From assembly GCA_965215885.1 (NCBI GenBank), contig CBDCEW010000097.1, positions 1-64,000 on the forward strand: a stretch of DNA of 64,000 nt, in the 5' to 3' direction. The notes beneath the pieces were generated by a model that made no database searches, was not told where the DNA came from, and saw only the letters and a list, made by a program, of their open reading frames with translations. Positions 20,845-31,805 of the stretch are shown here, one piece after another (positions within the stretch are counted from its first letter, which is position 1; every line of letters starts with the position of its first letter). The position numbers and the translations under genes were made by a program. This DNA comes from Candidatus Moanibacter sp. (GTDB taxonomy: Bacteria; Verrucomicrobiota; Verrucomicrobiia; Opitutales; UBA2987).

Positions 20845-21070
20845 TCTCGTGCCCTCAATCGTGATCTGATGTCGATCTTTCCCTCCTTCGATTCCAGATC
20901 ACGATTATGATTCACGACGGAAGATCGATTCGACTCCCTTCTCCCATCGTGATTCTCAATCGTGATCTCCTGTCGACCTTCCCTTCTTTCGATTTTGGAT
21001 CACGATTACGATCACGACGGAAGATCGAATAGGTCCCCCTCTCGTGCCCTCAATCGTGATCTGATGTCGA
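20845..21070. repeat. Degenerate ~100-bp tandem repeat (about 2.3 units)
   Basis: CTCAATCGTGATCT..TGTCGA recurs at ~20854, ~20955 and ~21049; related unit near 6850. Confidence 0.7.
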
Positions 21071-21396
21071 ATCCTCGCGGCACACCGGGACTCCGCGGCA
21101 CCACGGACGGCATTGCTAACAGCCCTACATTTAATCCGTGGTGCCTTCCTCTTTATTCGCGTCCATTCGCGTTGTCTGCCGTACGGCAGACCGGTTCTTC
21201 TCTTTCCCTCATTTTGGTTGCGGCTTTGCTGCGCTAGGAATTCCGTGTTCTCTCTTCTCAATACCCCTCTTTCGCTCTCAACGGATCAATTCCACGCTTT
21301 CCAGCAAAGACAACTCCAGGTCCAGACACATCTCAGAGTGAGGTATCGAATAAATGACCTTTTTCTTGTTTTCGATGCGCTCTTCTCCGGTAGATA

Positions 21397-23312
21397 GACC
21401 TTATCCGAAAAGCTACTGATTGGCCGCAAAGAGGCGCAAAAGGCGCAAGAAAAACTTGAGAAAAATCATTTTTTGGCTTGATAAAAAGTGTCGCAACATG
21501 CTAGTGTTTAACAACCTAAGATTAAGAAAGGAGTTAAACATGCCAACATGTGCGACAGAGGAGAACAAAAGCGATAAGACGCCCCTTAGCAACCTCATTC
21601 TGCCGGTTCCAGACACGGATTTCCGTGATTTTCTGGATGAAGTTGAAGAATTGGCCGGGTTCGCGCCGCAAATCATCGAGGCGATCGAGAAGGATCTGGA
21701 CGCCCATGCGCGTGAGAAGAAGAAACTTCGATTGGAAGATCGAAGGTTCTTTGAAGGGCGCACAGCGGAGCTGCCGGAGCTGGACATCGAGGAGGAGAAT
21801 ATTCTGGCTGCTGAATTGAATCTTGGGGCAGGCCGGCCGCGGATGCCGGCTTATGCGGTATACGTGTTCGTGATGATTCGAGGGTTTCTGCGGTTCGTTG
21901 ACCACGAAACCGGCACGGCGGTTTGTGCGCGAGTCGATGAGCTTGTACGGATTTTTGCAGAGGGGGGACTGAGAATGCCGGCGGTGACGACGATTCTGGA
22001 GAACGTGAACCTGGTCAGCCATAGGACCCGCGAGCTGATCTTTGATAAACAGATTGGGTTTATCCTCCAGGAGCAATGGGACGATTTCGGGAAGCTGACG
22101 ATCGACAGCACCTCGGTGAAAGCAAACAGCTGCTGGCCCACCGATGGGAAGATTCTGAGCGGTCTTTTGATGCGGGCCAATCGTTTGGGTCAGAAGTTGC
22201 ATGTCTTCGGGCTGGAGGATTTTCGCAAAGGATGGGTTGGGCGTTGGCTGCAGGAATGGACAAGCTGGAGTTTCAGATTTGTCTGGCCGCGGGCAAACCG
22301 AAGTCGAAGGGCAAGCTGAAGAAACACTACCGGCGGTTGCTCAAGCGGGGCCGCAAGGCGGCCGACTCACTAACGGGGGAACTGAGCCATCTTGAAGAGG
22401 GCCTGTCGATGGATTCACTGCCTCCCACTCGCCGGGAGCTTCTGGAGCGGGCATTGAGCCAGATCAGGGGCGATATTGCCGACGCCAAGCGGGTTGTTGA
22501 GTATGCTCATGATCGGGTGTTTCACGAAAAGAAGCTACCGTCCACACAGAAGGTCCTGAGCCTCTCGGACGGATCGGCGGCCTACATCAAGAAGGGCAGC
22601 CGCAATCCAGTGATCGGGTACAAGCCACAACTGGTTCGCAGCGAAAACGGTTTTGTCACCAGCCTGATCGTACCGCAAGGCAACGCGGCAGACTCCATTG
22701 AGCTGGCGCCGGCCATCGGCGATTCGATCAAGCGCACCGGTGTCATTGCTGAACTGGTCAGCACCGATGACGGATATGCTTCGGCGAAGGGACGCAAGGA
22801 GGTGCTGAGCATGGGGGTAAAGCAGATCAGTATCAGTGGGGCGAAGGGCAAGAAGTTGACCACCCCCGAGGACTGGGAGAGCGAGGCGTATCGCGAGGCA
22901 CGCCGCGATCGCTCCGCAGTGGAGTCGCTGATGTTCACGATTAAAGATGGATTTGCCTTTGGCGAACTCGGCCGCCGCGGCATCGATGCGGTAGGCGATG
23001 AACTGCTCGAGAAGGTTCTGGCCTACAACTTCTGCCGCATCATACTGATGAAGAAACGCCGAGGGGAGGAACTGGAACAGGCAGCCTGAATCTGACCGCT
23101 TTGAAGCTCAGAGAAAAAAGCACCACGGGATGAGTATGCCTCCAGACAGCGGCAAATATACGTATTGTGCAGCAAGCCACGCCGATGGCCGCTCAATACC
23201 TGCTCATCGGCAGCGCCGGCAGCCTAAAACCCGAAACCTGCCAGCCATAGGCTGGTCCGCCCGTGGCGGAGAACCTTAAACCGCCCGCTCGAAAGGCTTT
23301 TCGAATGGGGTC
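21397..23312 (+). mobile_element. IS5-like (IS5/IS1182/ISNCY-type DDE) element, copy 1
   Basis: TIR GACCTTATCCGAAAAGC / GACCCCATTCGAAAAGC; 6-bp TSD TAGATA; near-identical to 61822-63733. Confidence 0.92.
21540..23089 (+). pseudogene. Frameshifted transposase of copy 1
   Basis: Three single-base indels relative to the intact copy (~21890, ~21962, ~22255). Confidence 0.8.
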
Positions 23313-24459
23313 TAGATAGACCCTGAGAAATGTTGGAAACGACGTGGTAGTAGAGCATTTCAATTTTCAGGTAGCGAGCCAGGATCGGATTGATGGAGTC
23401 TCCGTGGATCGTCACAACCGGTGGTTTATCGGGGCTGTACTCAGAAATCTGTCTGCTTATCGTCTGCCAAAAGAGAATGTCAAAATCGGTTTCGAAGGTA
23501 ATCGACTCCGGATGGACAATCGTGACCCGCACCGAATCCTGCGGGTGGATCTTTCGCAAAAGTCCCTTCTTCACATAGGGTCCGGCGCTCTCCCCGAATA
23601 GGTCCACCAGGCGCTTGGAAAAGGGTGTGCCCATAAAAGGCTGATCGAGCTCTCGAGACCTCACCGACGGACTTCCAAATACCGCTTCATACTTCGTCCC
23701 TGGAAGTCCCTTGTAGCGGTTGAGCGTTCGAAAACTCCACGGAAAAACGAGGTCACCGGACTTCACCGCCTTAGAACCCTTCCTCCAGTCCGACGAGCCC
23801 GAATTTCCACCCGCCACGAGCAGTTTCACACCCGCCTTCCAAAGGATCCAATAGAGCGTCTCCTGATGCTGGCGCAACTGATCGTCCTGGCCCAGTGTCC
23901 ATCCGTAATCCGGTATCCAAATCACTTTTCGACCAGACTCTGTCCTGTACTGTACAACTCGTGGACCCATCCCATAGGGTGTGTTCACCCGCCTGTCGAA
24001 CTCCACGCTCCAGCCGTGCTCGACGGTCTTCGCGACAATCTGATCGTAACTGAATGCCCACAGAGGGCTCCCGATTATCGAAGCAAACGCCGCCGCCGGG
24101 CCCTCGTATTCGACTCGCTTGTCAAAAAGGATACTGAAATCGATCACGTCTTCAGTTTCCGAAACAGCCAACCCGCAGGAAACTGAGGCAATCATAAAAG
24201 CGCAGGTCGCCGCGAAAGATCTTCCAACACCGGATTTATTCATATTTTGGATAGGAAAGAAGCCACGTGTAGCAAATGCAGTTTGATAGAACTCCGAATG
24301 TGTGAATTCCAGTCTGAACGGAAAGCCGATCCGCTACAAAGTCAATAGTTTGCCTGCCAATTCTGTCGGGCAGAAAAATGCAACCGTACCAAGTATGGTC
24401 CGCAGGGTTTTCGATTCCGGGAAAAAGAGTAAGAGAAATTGCAGCGGATAGCTGAAATT

Positions 24460-24690
24460 GAAAAAGGCGATGCCAAGGGAATTCGAGCCGAGAGAGTTTT
24501 GAAGATCTGAGAAATAAGTATTCGTGAAGCTGATAGACTTTCATCGGGAGGCGCATGCCGAACTTGATGAAGCGATGGCTTATTACGACTACGTTGAGAT
24601 GAGTGACCGAATCTGGATAACTGCGGTTGCCCATGCGAAGCGGCGGCTCGACTACGGGAAGAGGAGGATTCCAGATGAGGTTAATAAAGC
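24460..24690 (+). pseudogene. Decayed ParE/RelE toxin-antitoxin remnant
   Basis: 'FHREAHAELDEAMAYY' joined directly to 'IWITAVAHAKRR' (core missing); antitoxin-like tail upstream. Confidence 0.55.
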
Positions 24691-24768
24691 CAATACGCGC
24701 CTAACAATAAAGGGGGCATTGGCGCGCGGCTCAGCGCGGCCGATATGAATGAAAGAGGGATAGCATCA

Positions 24769-25269
24769 ATGAAGATAGACGCTATGAATGATAGATGGAT
24801 GATTCGTGGTTCTGAATTCGTAAACTGCAACTGCGCTTATGGCTGTCCATGCCAGTTCAATGCACCATCGACACATGGGTTCTGCGAGGCCATCAGCAGT
24901 GGCTTGATCGAAGAAGGGCATTTCGACGACACATCGCTGGACGGCCTCAAATTCTGTCTGCTCCTTAGGTGGCCCGGCGAGATCGCAGACGGCAACGGCC
25001 GGTCGCAACTTATCATTGACGAGGAAGCCGTCGACAATCAGCGGGATGCCATCAACAAGATTGCACATGGAGAGTCCACAGCACCGGGCTCCACGCATTT
25101 TTACGTCTTCAACAGCACCATGTCCGAGGTGCTCGAAACACTCTACGCGCCGATCGAGATGAGCATTGATGTAGGAGCCCGAAAAGCTCACACTAGGAAT
25201 GAAGGACTCGGCGAATCCTCTTTGCGCCTTCTGCGCCTTTTTGCGGCAATGTTGAACCCAGCCAGTTAA
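24769..25269 (+). CDS. DUF1326-family protein, probably 3'-truncated
   Basis: 'W.IRG.EFVNCNCAYGCPCQF...GFCEA'; C-terminus runs into a repeat (LRLLRLFAA). Confidence 0.7.
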   Translation: MKIDAMNDRWMIRGSEFVNCNCAYGCPCQFNAPSTHGFCEAISSGLIEEGHFDDTSLDGLKFCLLLRWPGEIADGNGRSQLIIDEEAVDNQRDAINKIAHGESTAPGSTHFYVFNSTMSEVLETLYAPIEMSIDVGARKAHTRNEGLGESSLRLLRLFAAMLNPAS

Positions 25270-25414
25270 ATCAGGATCAGACTATTCTGAAGGGGAGGAA
25301 GGATAAGAAGATACCTCGAACCCTATGCCAAGACAGGTTCTAGCCAAAGATTACCGAAACCGGGTGCCCCGCTGACCCAAAACTCCTGAGAAAGTGAAGG
25401 TCTTAGGACATATT

Positions 25415-25512
25415 TTTAATCGCTTCGGGTTTAATTCCCCGAAGCTTGCTTCGTTTCTAATTCATAAAGTCTAATATCAAATGCCTCGGGGCTTGCCCCG
25501 AGGATCTTTACT
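25415..25512 (+). mobile_element. ~97-bp non-autonomous hairpin element (IS200/IS605 PATE-like), copy 1
   Basis: Identical to the reverse complement of 33266-33363; hairpins CCTCGGGGCTTGCCCCGAGG and CCCCGAAGCTTGCTTCG. Confidence 0.7.
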
Positions 25513-25665
25513 TTCAATAATAACTGATTCTCAATAAAGCCGGCGGTTAGTTCTTCATTCACACATCGGGTAAAAGGGGGAACCCAGTAGGTTTTCAAAG
25601 ATTGCCATTTGAGCTCGAATCCAATAGGCGGAGAGGAAAGATGGTTAGGAGACCCGAGGATTGTC

Positions 25666-26502
25666 ATGAGAATCTACCGAAGTTCTGAAGCGACATACGT
25701 TAGGAGGAATGAAGAATGGTATCGATCTGATGGTTTTTCGTTCGACTCTCTCTTCTCCGCAGATGATGCGGTCGCCTGGCTGGAAGGACGATTGTCAGAA
25801 TTCGTAGAAGCGGAAACACCCGATGTTCTCCATGGGCGAACCTTGCTCCCACCCATTGAAAACCAGGAAGTCTGGGCCGCTGGAGTCACCTACTTCCGAA
25901 GTCGGGAGGCGCGCATGGAAGAATCTCAATCAGACGCCGGAGGGGATTTCTACGACAAGGTCTACTACGCCGAGCGACCGGAGTTATTTTTCAAGGCGAC
26001 CGCGCAGCGAGTGGTCGGCCATGGCGACCGGGTAGCGATTCGGAGCGACTCCTCGTGGAATGTACCGGAGGCGGAACTGACGATCGCGATCAATCGTTCC
26101 GGTCGCATATTCGGCTACACGATCGGTAACGACATGAGTTCGCGCAGCATAGAAGGAGAGAATCCACTCTATCTTCCCCAGGCCAAAACCTACAATCGCA
26201 GCAGTTCGCTGGGGCCATGCCTCTATCTTTCCGACGATCTCCTCGAACCGAACACCGGCATTGGCATCGAGGTAACCCGGGGCGATTCCGTTGTCTTCGA
26301 AGGCGAAACTTCACTATCGCAGATGAAGCGCAAACTGCCAGAGTTGGCGGAGTTTCTCTTTCGGGATAATTCCTTTCCCCAGGGCGCCTATCTCATGACC
26401 GGCACCGGTATTGTGCCCGATTCCGATTTCACCCTGGCGAGCGGCGACGTGATTGCGATAGAAATCGCAAACATCGGGACGCTGACCAATACGGTCGCAT
26501 AG
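25666..26502 (+). CDS. Fumarylacetoacetate hydrolase family protein (KDX/KDA dehydratase-like)
   Basis: 'VWAAGVTY', 'RPELFFK', 'WNVPEAEL', '[21 protein letters not shown]', 'MTGTG'. Confidence 0.9.
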   Translation: MRIYRSSEATYVRRNEEWYRSDGFSFDSLFSADDAVAWLEGRLSEFVEAETPDVLHGRTLLPPIENQEVWAAGVTYFRSREARMEESQSDAGGDFYDKVYYAERPELFFKATAQRVVGHGDRVAIRSDSSWNVPEAELTIAINRSGRIFGYTIGNDMSSRSIEGENPLYLPQAKTYNRSSSLGPCLYLSDDLLEPNTGIGIEVTRGDSVVFEGETSLSQMKRKLPELAEFLFRDNSFPQGAYLMTGTGIVPDSDFTLASGDVIAIEIANIGTLTNTVA

Positions 26503-26533
26503 TTGCCAGGAGTTCAGGCGGCCGAACTGGCAA

Positions 26534-28240
26534 ATGGGTAAGGGGAAATATAGGTGGGCAACGGCGGGCGACATCAACGCATTCTTCGCGCTCTTTCTCG
26601 ATAACGTCGTCAATCTCTTTATTCTCGCGGCGATTCTAACGGGATACGGACTTCCCAAAGAGTTTATCTATACACGAATCATTCCGGGCACAGCCGCCGG
26701 GATTCTGTTCGGGGACCTCGCCTTTACGTGGCTCGCATTCCGATTGGCCCGAAAAACGGGACGTGATGATGTGACCGCAATGCCTCTCGGTCTCGACCTT
26801 CCAACAACTATCGGGGTGGCAATTGCGATCATGGGGCCGGCCTACCTGCTGGCCGAGTACGAGACTGGTGACGCGGAGTATGCCGCCCGGTTAAGCTGGT
26901 ACATCGGGATGGGAACTACGCTCTGGATGGGTATAATAAAGCTTGTCGGTTCCGTCATCGGCCCGCTGGTTCAAAGAATTGTACCTTCCGCGGGTCTGGT
27001 CGGTTCTCTCGCCGGAATCGGACTGGTCTGGCTCGGCGCGCATGCCCTATTCGGCATTTATGAAGTATCCTTTGTCGGGCTCGTATCACTGGTTATTATC
27101 CTGTTTACCCTCGTTGCCCGATTTCAATTTCCCTTAAACATCCCAGGGGCAGCAGCGGCTGTGATCGTTGGCTCCCTGGTGTATTATGCTGCAGGCGCCA
27201 CCGGGATTCTTGAGACGATTGGTGTACCCTTCGAAATTCCTGGTCTCGAGGGTATCGGGCCCCAACCGGCTTATCCCAGATCGGAGGCTTTCCGTGAGTT
27301 CCTTGGGGAAACCTTGAACTATCTTCCCGTCGCGGTACCGGTTAGTATTCTCGTGATTACCGGCGCGATAAACGTGACGGAAGCAGCACGATTGGCCGGG
27401 GACGACTTCAATCCACGAGAAATCTTGATCACCGACGCGGTGGCCACATTGATCGCGGGCGTCTGCGGAGGTGTCGCACAGTCGGCTCCCTATTTCGGTC
27501 ACTCCGCCTACAAGAGAATGGGCGCAAGGTGCGCCTACACACTGGCTACGGCCCTCGCTGTCGGATTCGGCGGGATGTTTGGCCTGATCGGCTATCTCGT
27601 CGACCTCGTCCCCGCGGCCGTCGTGAAACCCATCCTCATATTGATCGGATTCGATATCGTGAGACTCGCCTTTCAAATGACACCCCGGCGTCATATAATG
27701 GGCGTCATTCTCGCAATGACACCCACCGTCATTAATTACTGCTATATAAATTTGAAAACTCTTTACATCCATGTCCAGGATGGAAGCCGAAACTTGATCG
27801 CGGAAGTCAAATCGATGGGCGGAATAGAATCGGGGGCGGCAGAGAAACTCATCCTGCAAATCGAAAATATAGTTCCGGCACCCTGGCTCGACGAGTACCT
27901 CCGCTTCGGCGCTCTCGGGCAGGGATTCATTATCACGGCCGTCATTTGGGGAGCGACGGCCGCATTTGTGATTGATCGGCAAATTGCACGCGCCTCGGTG
28001 GCCATGTTTATCGCCTCAGTATTCTCCCTTTTCGGAGTAATTCATTCCGTTTTTCCCAACAGTAGGCTCTACCTCCCATGGAACCTCGAAGTGGTGGCAG
28101 GAAACTCGCTCTTCGAACGCTCACTCACTATCCCGTACGAATACAGCGCTGCTTACTTGCTTGCCGGGATCACTCTGCTGGGCATGTACTTTCTGGGTCC
28201 CGCCCGCCGTGGCCGGGGGCCTGCACAAGATCTCGAGTAG
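26534..28240 (+). CDS. NCS2/AzgA-like nucleobase permease
   Basis: 568-aa polytopic membrane protein; 'GDINAFFALFLDN', 'TAMPLGLD', 'YFGHSAYKRMGAR'. Confidence 0.75.
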   Translation: MGKGKYRWATAGDINAFFALFLDNVVNLFILAAILTGYGLPKEFIYTRIIPGTAAGILFGDLAFTWLAFRLARKTGRDDVTAMPLGLDLPTTIGVAIAIMGPAYLLAEYETGDAEYAARLSWYIGMGTTLWMGIIKLVGSVIGPLVQRIVPSAGLVGSLAGIGLVWLGAHALFGIYEVSFVGLVSLVIILFTLVARFQFPLNIPGAAAAVIVGSLVYYAAGATGILETIGVPFEIPGLEGIGPQPAYPRSEAFREFLGETLNYLPVAVPVSILVITGAINVTEAARLAGDDFNPREILITDAVATLIAGVCGGVAQSAPYFGHSAYKRMGARCAYTLATALAVGFGGMFGLIGYLVDLVPAAVVKPILILIGFDIVRLAFQMTPRRHIMGVILAMTPTVINYCYINLKTLYIHVQDGSRNLIAEVKSMGGIESGAAEKLILQIENIVPAPWLDEYLRFGALGQGFIITAVIWGATAAFVIDRQIARASVAMFIASVFSLFGVIHSVFPNSRLYLPWNLEVVAGNSLFERSLTIPYEYSAAYLLAGITLLGMYFLGPARRGRGPAQDLE

Positions 28241-28269
28241 CGTATGCAACCTATTAATCCGGTCTTCGC

Positions 28270-29028
28270 ATGCTGAGACAAAACTTTCGATCGCTCGTCA
28301 TATCGACTGGTGAACGAATTATTCGAATCGTCGAGCGACTCATTGCGCGTTACTCCCTAGTTCCGAACGACGCCTTTCTCAATCCAGAACTCTTCCCATG
28401 GTCTAGGGACATCGAGAGAAACTGGGAAAAAGTGCGGAGAGAACTCGATGCCATCCTCGGCGATCGCGACAGTCTACCGAACTTCCAGGATATCTCGGTC
28501 GATCAAAAGGCGATTACCGATGACGACCGTTGGAAGTCATTTCTCCTCTACGCCTACGGGATAAAAGCAGAGCGCAACTGCGCCCGATGCCCGGATACAA
28601 CGAGGCTGATCGAAGATATCCCTGGTTTTAAGACCGCGTTCTTCTCCATTCTCGCTCCCGGGAAGCATATTCCCGAACATAGAGGGCCTTACAAGGGAGT
28701 CATCCGATACCACCTCGGGTTGCTCATTCCCGAACCGATCGAGCTGTGCCGAATCCGCGTAGGAGATGAAGTGCAACACTGGGAAGAGGGCAAGAGCCTG
28801 ATATTCGACGATTCGTATCGTCACGAGGCCTGGAATGATACGGATGGAGAGCGGGTCGTTCTCTTTCTCGATTTTGTCCGGCCAACTGCGTTTCCCGTGT
28901 CGCTCCTCAACCGGGTATTGATCAAAGCGATCGCTCTTTCCCCTTTTATAAAGGATGTCTTCGCGAATCAAAAGAAGTGGGATAGAAAAATTGCGGAGGC
29001 AAAGCAGACCTCCGCCGGAATCAATTGA
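28270..29028 (+). CDS. Aspartyl/asparaginyl beta-hydroxylase domain protein (LpxO-like)
   Basis: 'PGKHIPEHRGPYKGVIRYHLGL', 'FDDSYRHEAWN', 'RVVLFLDF'. Confidence 0.88.
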   Translation: MLRQNFRSLVISTGERIIRIVERLIARYSLVPNDAFLNPELFPWSRDIERNWEKVRRELDAILGDRDSLPNFQDISVDQKAITDDDRWKSFLLYAYGIKAERNCARCPDTTRLIEDIPGFKTAFFSILAPGKHIPEHRGPYKGVIRYHLGLLIPEPIELCRIRVGDEVQHWEEGKSLIFDDSYRHEAWNDTDGERVVLFLDFVRPTAFPVSLLNRVLIKAIALSPFIKDVFANQKKWDRKIAEAKQTSAGIN

Positions 29029-29139
29029 CCTAGCAGCCTTTCGGACTTTATGGATCTTTCGAAAGAGTTACTCGGTTTCATTCCGATCCCGGCTTGCCGG
29101 GACTAGAATCAATTCCCCAAAATCATACTCAACGCAGAG

Positions 29140-30210
29140 ATGGAAAATAAACGCGATCAAATTGACATTGGAGACTCGCGCAGGGGATTTCTAAAGCGAG
29201 CCCTCGCAACCGGATTAGGCGTAAGCGGTCTGGCCGCTCTAAGCGGCTGCGGGAAAAGCCAAAAAAAGGTGGAGTCCGCTCAGACCTCGACCCGCGGAAA
29301 GCTCCGAGCCGCCATAGGCAACGCAGGACTTCAAAGCACGTGGTGTGCCCTAGGCAAAACTACCGCTGAACTGTGGGGCGATTTGCTCGACGTTGAAGTG
29401 GTATGGTTTGACGGCGAGTTTAACATCGAAAAACAACGTAGCGAACTGGAGAGGCTTGCGAATCAGGATTGGGACTTCGTCGCCGTTCAGGCGTTCCAAA
29501 TCGACACCCTTGAACCGGCTGTCCGCAAACTGAAGCGAAGAAATGTTCCAGTCATCAGCATGGACACACACCTGGTGGCGCCCGGGCGTATGCGCGAGGC
29601 AGGAGTATGGATTCAAGTTGAACCCGACCAGGAGTGCATGGGCCGCACCAGCAGCCAATATCTGGCCGATGCGATCGGTCGTAGAGGGAAAGTGATTCAT
29701 ATTGGGGGTGCCAGCGGCCACTCCGGCGCGCGTGGCCGGCGCAAAGGATTTAACGAGATCGTCGCAAAATACCCTGAGATTGAAGTGATTGGCGGTGGAG
29801 TAAGGTGGTGTGACTGGGAGAAGGAAAAAGCGCGTTCAACGTTTGAAGCATTGCTAAACCAGACTCAGGAGAAAATTGCCGGTGCATTTTTCCACAGCGA
29901 CGACATGGCCCTTGCCGCCGTCGAAGCTCTCAGTGGCAGCCGTCATGAAGGTATGGCTGTGACAGCAGTGGACGGCCAGAGAGAAGGCTTATTGGCGATC
30001 AAGGATGGCCGCCTCGCAGCCACAACAGTCAATCCGGTTTGTCTCATCCACATGACGTCACTAGTGATCGGCCAGTTTATTGTAAGGAATGGTGAGAAGA
30101 TCCTGGACCTCCCGCAAAGGATCGTGACACCGGGACCACTCGTCAGTCGTGAAGCGGGCAACATCGAGGCTCAGCTATACTTGGCAGATCCCAGTCACTG
30201 CCTCGTATGA
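29140..30210 (+). CDS. Sugar ABC transporter substrate-binding lipoprotein (Tat)
   Basis: 'SRRGFLK' Tat motif, 'LSGC' lipobox, RbsB-like fold motifs. Confidence 0.88.
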   Translation: MENKRDQIDIGDSRRGFLKRALATGLGVSGLAALSGCGKSQKKVESAQTSTRGKLRAAIGNAGLQSTWCALGKTTAELWGDLLDVEVVWFDGEFNIEKQRSELERLANQDWDFVAVQAFQIDTLEPAVRKLKRRNVPVISMDTHLVAPGRMREAGVWIQVEPDQECMGRTSSQYLADAIGRRGKVIHIGGASGHSGARGRRKGFNEIVAKYPEIEVIGGGVRWCDWEKEKARSTFEALLNQTQEKIAGAFFHSDDMALAAVEALSGSRHEGMAVTAVDGQREGLLAIKDGRLAATTVNPVCLIHMTSLVIGQFIVRNGEKILDLPQRIVTPGPLVSREAGNIEAQLYLADPSHCLV

Positions 30211-30231
30211 GGACGCTCTTCCGCTCCTCGC

Positions 30232-31716
30232 ATGCTACTCGCCTGTCATAACATCTCCAAGTCCTACTCAGGATTGGAAGTTCTACATGATGTCAGTTTC
30301 GTTCTTCAAGCGGGCGAAGTACACGGCCTCGTCGGAGCAAACGGAGCTGGGAAGAGCACATTGATGAAGATCATTTCCGGAGCCCTGCCCGATCACGAAG
30401 GTGAAATTCTCCTCAACGGTCGGAGTATCCGGCTGAACAGTCCTCACGAAGCGCTCGAATACGGAATTGCGATGGTATACCAGGAACTTTCGGGTGTAGG
30501 GCAATTGAGCGTCGCAGAAAATGTCTATCTCGGACGTCAACCGAAAAGTCGCTACGGCTTGGTCGACTGGAAGGGAATGAGGGAGAGCGCCCTCTCAGTG
30601 CTTCATAGAGTTAATCTTGACATCGATATCAGACGCAAACTCGAGGACTACTCACTGAGTATTCGCCAGCTCATCGAGATTGCTCGCTGCCTGGACGCCG
30701 GAAGCCGTATATTTATACTCGATGAACCGACCAGCGCCCTCTCCCCACCGGAGAAGGATCGTCTCTTTGAACTGATTCGGCAACTGCGAAGCGAGGACAA
30801 AGGGTTAATCTTCGTGAGCCACTTCATCGAGGATGTCTTGGAGATCTGTGACACGGTAAGTATTCTAGTGGACGGGCGAATTCACGCTACGGAGTCAGCC
30901 TCGGCCTTGACAAAACAAAGAGTCATTCACGAAATGCTGGACGGTCTCGATTTTTCGACCGAGGAAGCATTCGAAACCGCGGTGACGTTGCCACCCATTC
31001 CACAGACAACGCCTCGATTTGAAGTTAAAGATCTCTCTCTCCGCGGTGCTCTTGAGAGGACCACATTCGGCATTCGTCCAGGGGAGTCGCTGGGCCTTTA
31101 TGGATTTGTCGGCGCCGGCCACCAGGAGGCTGCCGAATGTTTAACCGGTTCAGTGAAGGCGGACTCTGGAGTATTAATCTGGGAAGGCGATGAAATGCCA
31201 CTGCCAGCCCCTCCCAAGGCAGTCGAACTCGGCATTGCTTTCGTTGCGGCCGACCGCGCCTCAGCCCTTGTTCAAAAGGCGGAGAACTTCAAGAATATCA
31301 CGCTCATCCATCTCAAATCAGCCGTCGGAAATTGGATTACTCAAAGCCGTGAAGTCGAAATCACACAAACTATTCTCGAAGACGTTGGCTGTAATCCACC
31401 GGATCCGCACTTACATACAGGTTCGCTTTCAGGGGGAAATCAACAAAAGGTAGTGATAGCGAAATGGCTTCTGGGGAGAATACGTCTCCTCGTCCTGGCA
31501 GAGCCAACGCGCGGAATGGATGTTGGCGCCAAGAGAGAAGTGATGGAACTCGTCCGGCAATTAAAGAAAGACGGAAGTGCGATTCTCATTGCCAGCAGCG
31601 AACCCGAACTCCTTCTCGCCCACGCCGACCGCATCCTCGTCATGCGTCAGGGTCGCGTAACCAAAGAACTCTCCGACTGCACGATCGACAAAGCGGAACT
31701 AATGAAGCACGCCTAG
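30232..31716 (+). CDS. Sugar ABC transporter ATP-binding protein (RbsA-like)
   Basis: 'GANGAGKST', 'ILDEPT', 'LSGGNQQK'. Confidence 0.92.
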   Translation: MLLACHNISKSYSGLEVLHDVSFVLQAGEVHGLVGANGAGKSTLMKIISGALPDHEGEILLNGRSIRLNSPHEALEYGIAMVYQELSGVGQLSVAENVYLGRQPKSRYGLVDWKGMRESALSVLHRVNLDIDIRRKLEDYSLSIRQLIEIARCLDAGSRIFILDEPTSALSPPEKDRLFELIRQLRSEDKGLIFVSHFIEDVLEICDTVSILVDGRIHATESASALTKQRVIHEMLDGLDFSTEEAFETAVTLPPIPQTTPRFEVKDLSLRGALERTTFGIRPGESLGLYGFVGAGHQEAAECLTGSVKADSGVLIWEGDEMPLPAPPKAVELGIAFVAADRASALVQKAENFKNITLIHLKSAVGNWITQSREVEITQTILEDVGCNPPDPHLHTGSLSGGNQQKVVIAKWLLGRIRLLVLAEPTRGMDVGAKREVMELVRQLKKDGSAILIASSEPELLLAHADRILVMRQGRVTKELSDCTIDKAELMKHA

Positions 31717-31805
31717 CCCGAAGATTTCACTACCGATCCCTCTCAGTGGGAGACTTCCTCCTATCTTCGGGCTACAAAGCGAAACCGCATAGTACGTTTT
31801 TAAGA

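Larger units (their letters stand above)
21278..24243 (-). pseudogene. Secreted nucleoside phosphorylase (MTAP/PNP)-like gene split by an IS
   Basis: Signal-like N-terminus, 'GVKLLVAGGNSGS...GDLVFP'; removing the IS and one TAGATA restores the frame (...SQGLS-TGEERIENKKKVIYS...VELIR*) to a stop at 21278. Confidence 0.65.

Noticed and set aside
20845..21070. CRISPR array
   Set aside because: Units are ~100 bp and similar along their length, with no unique spacers and no cas genes in the window.
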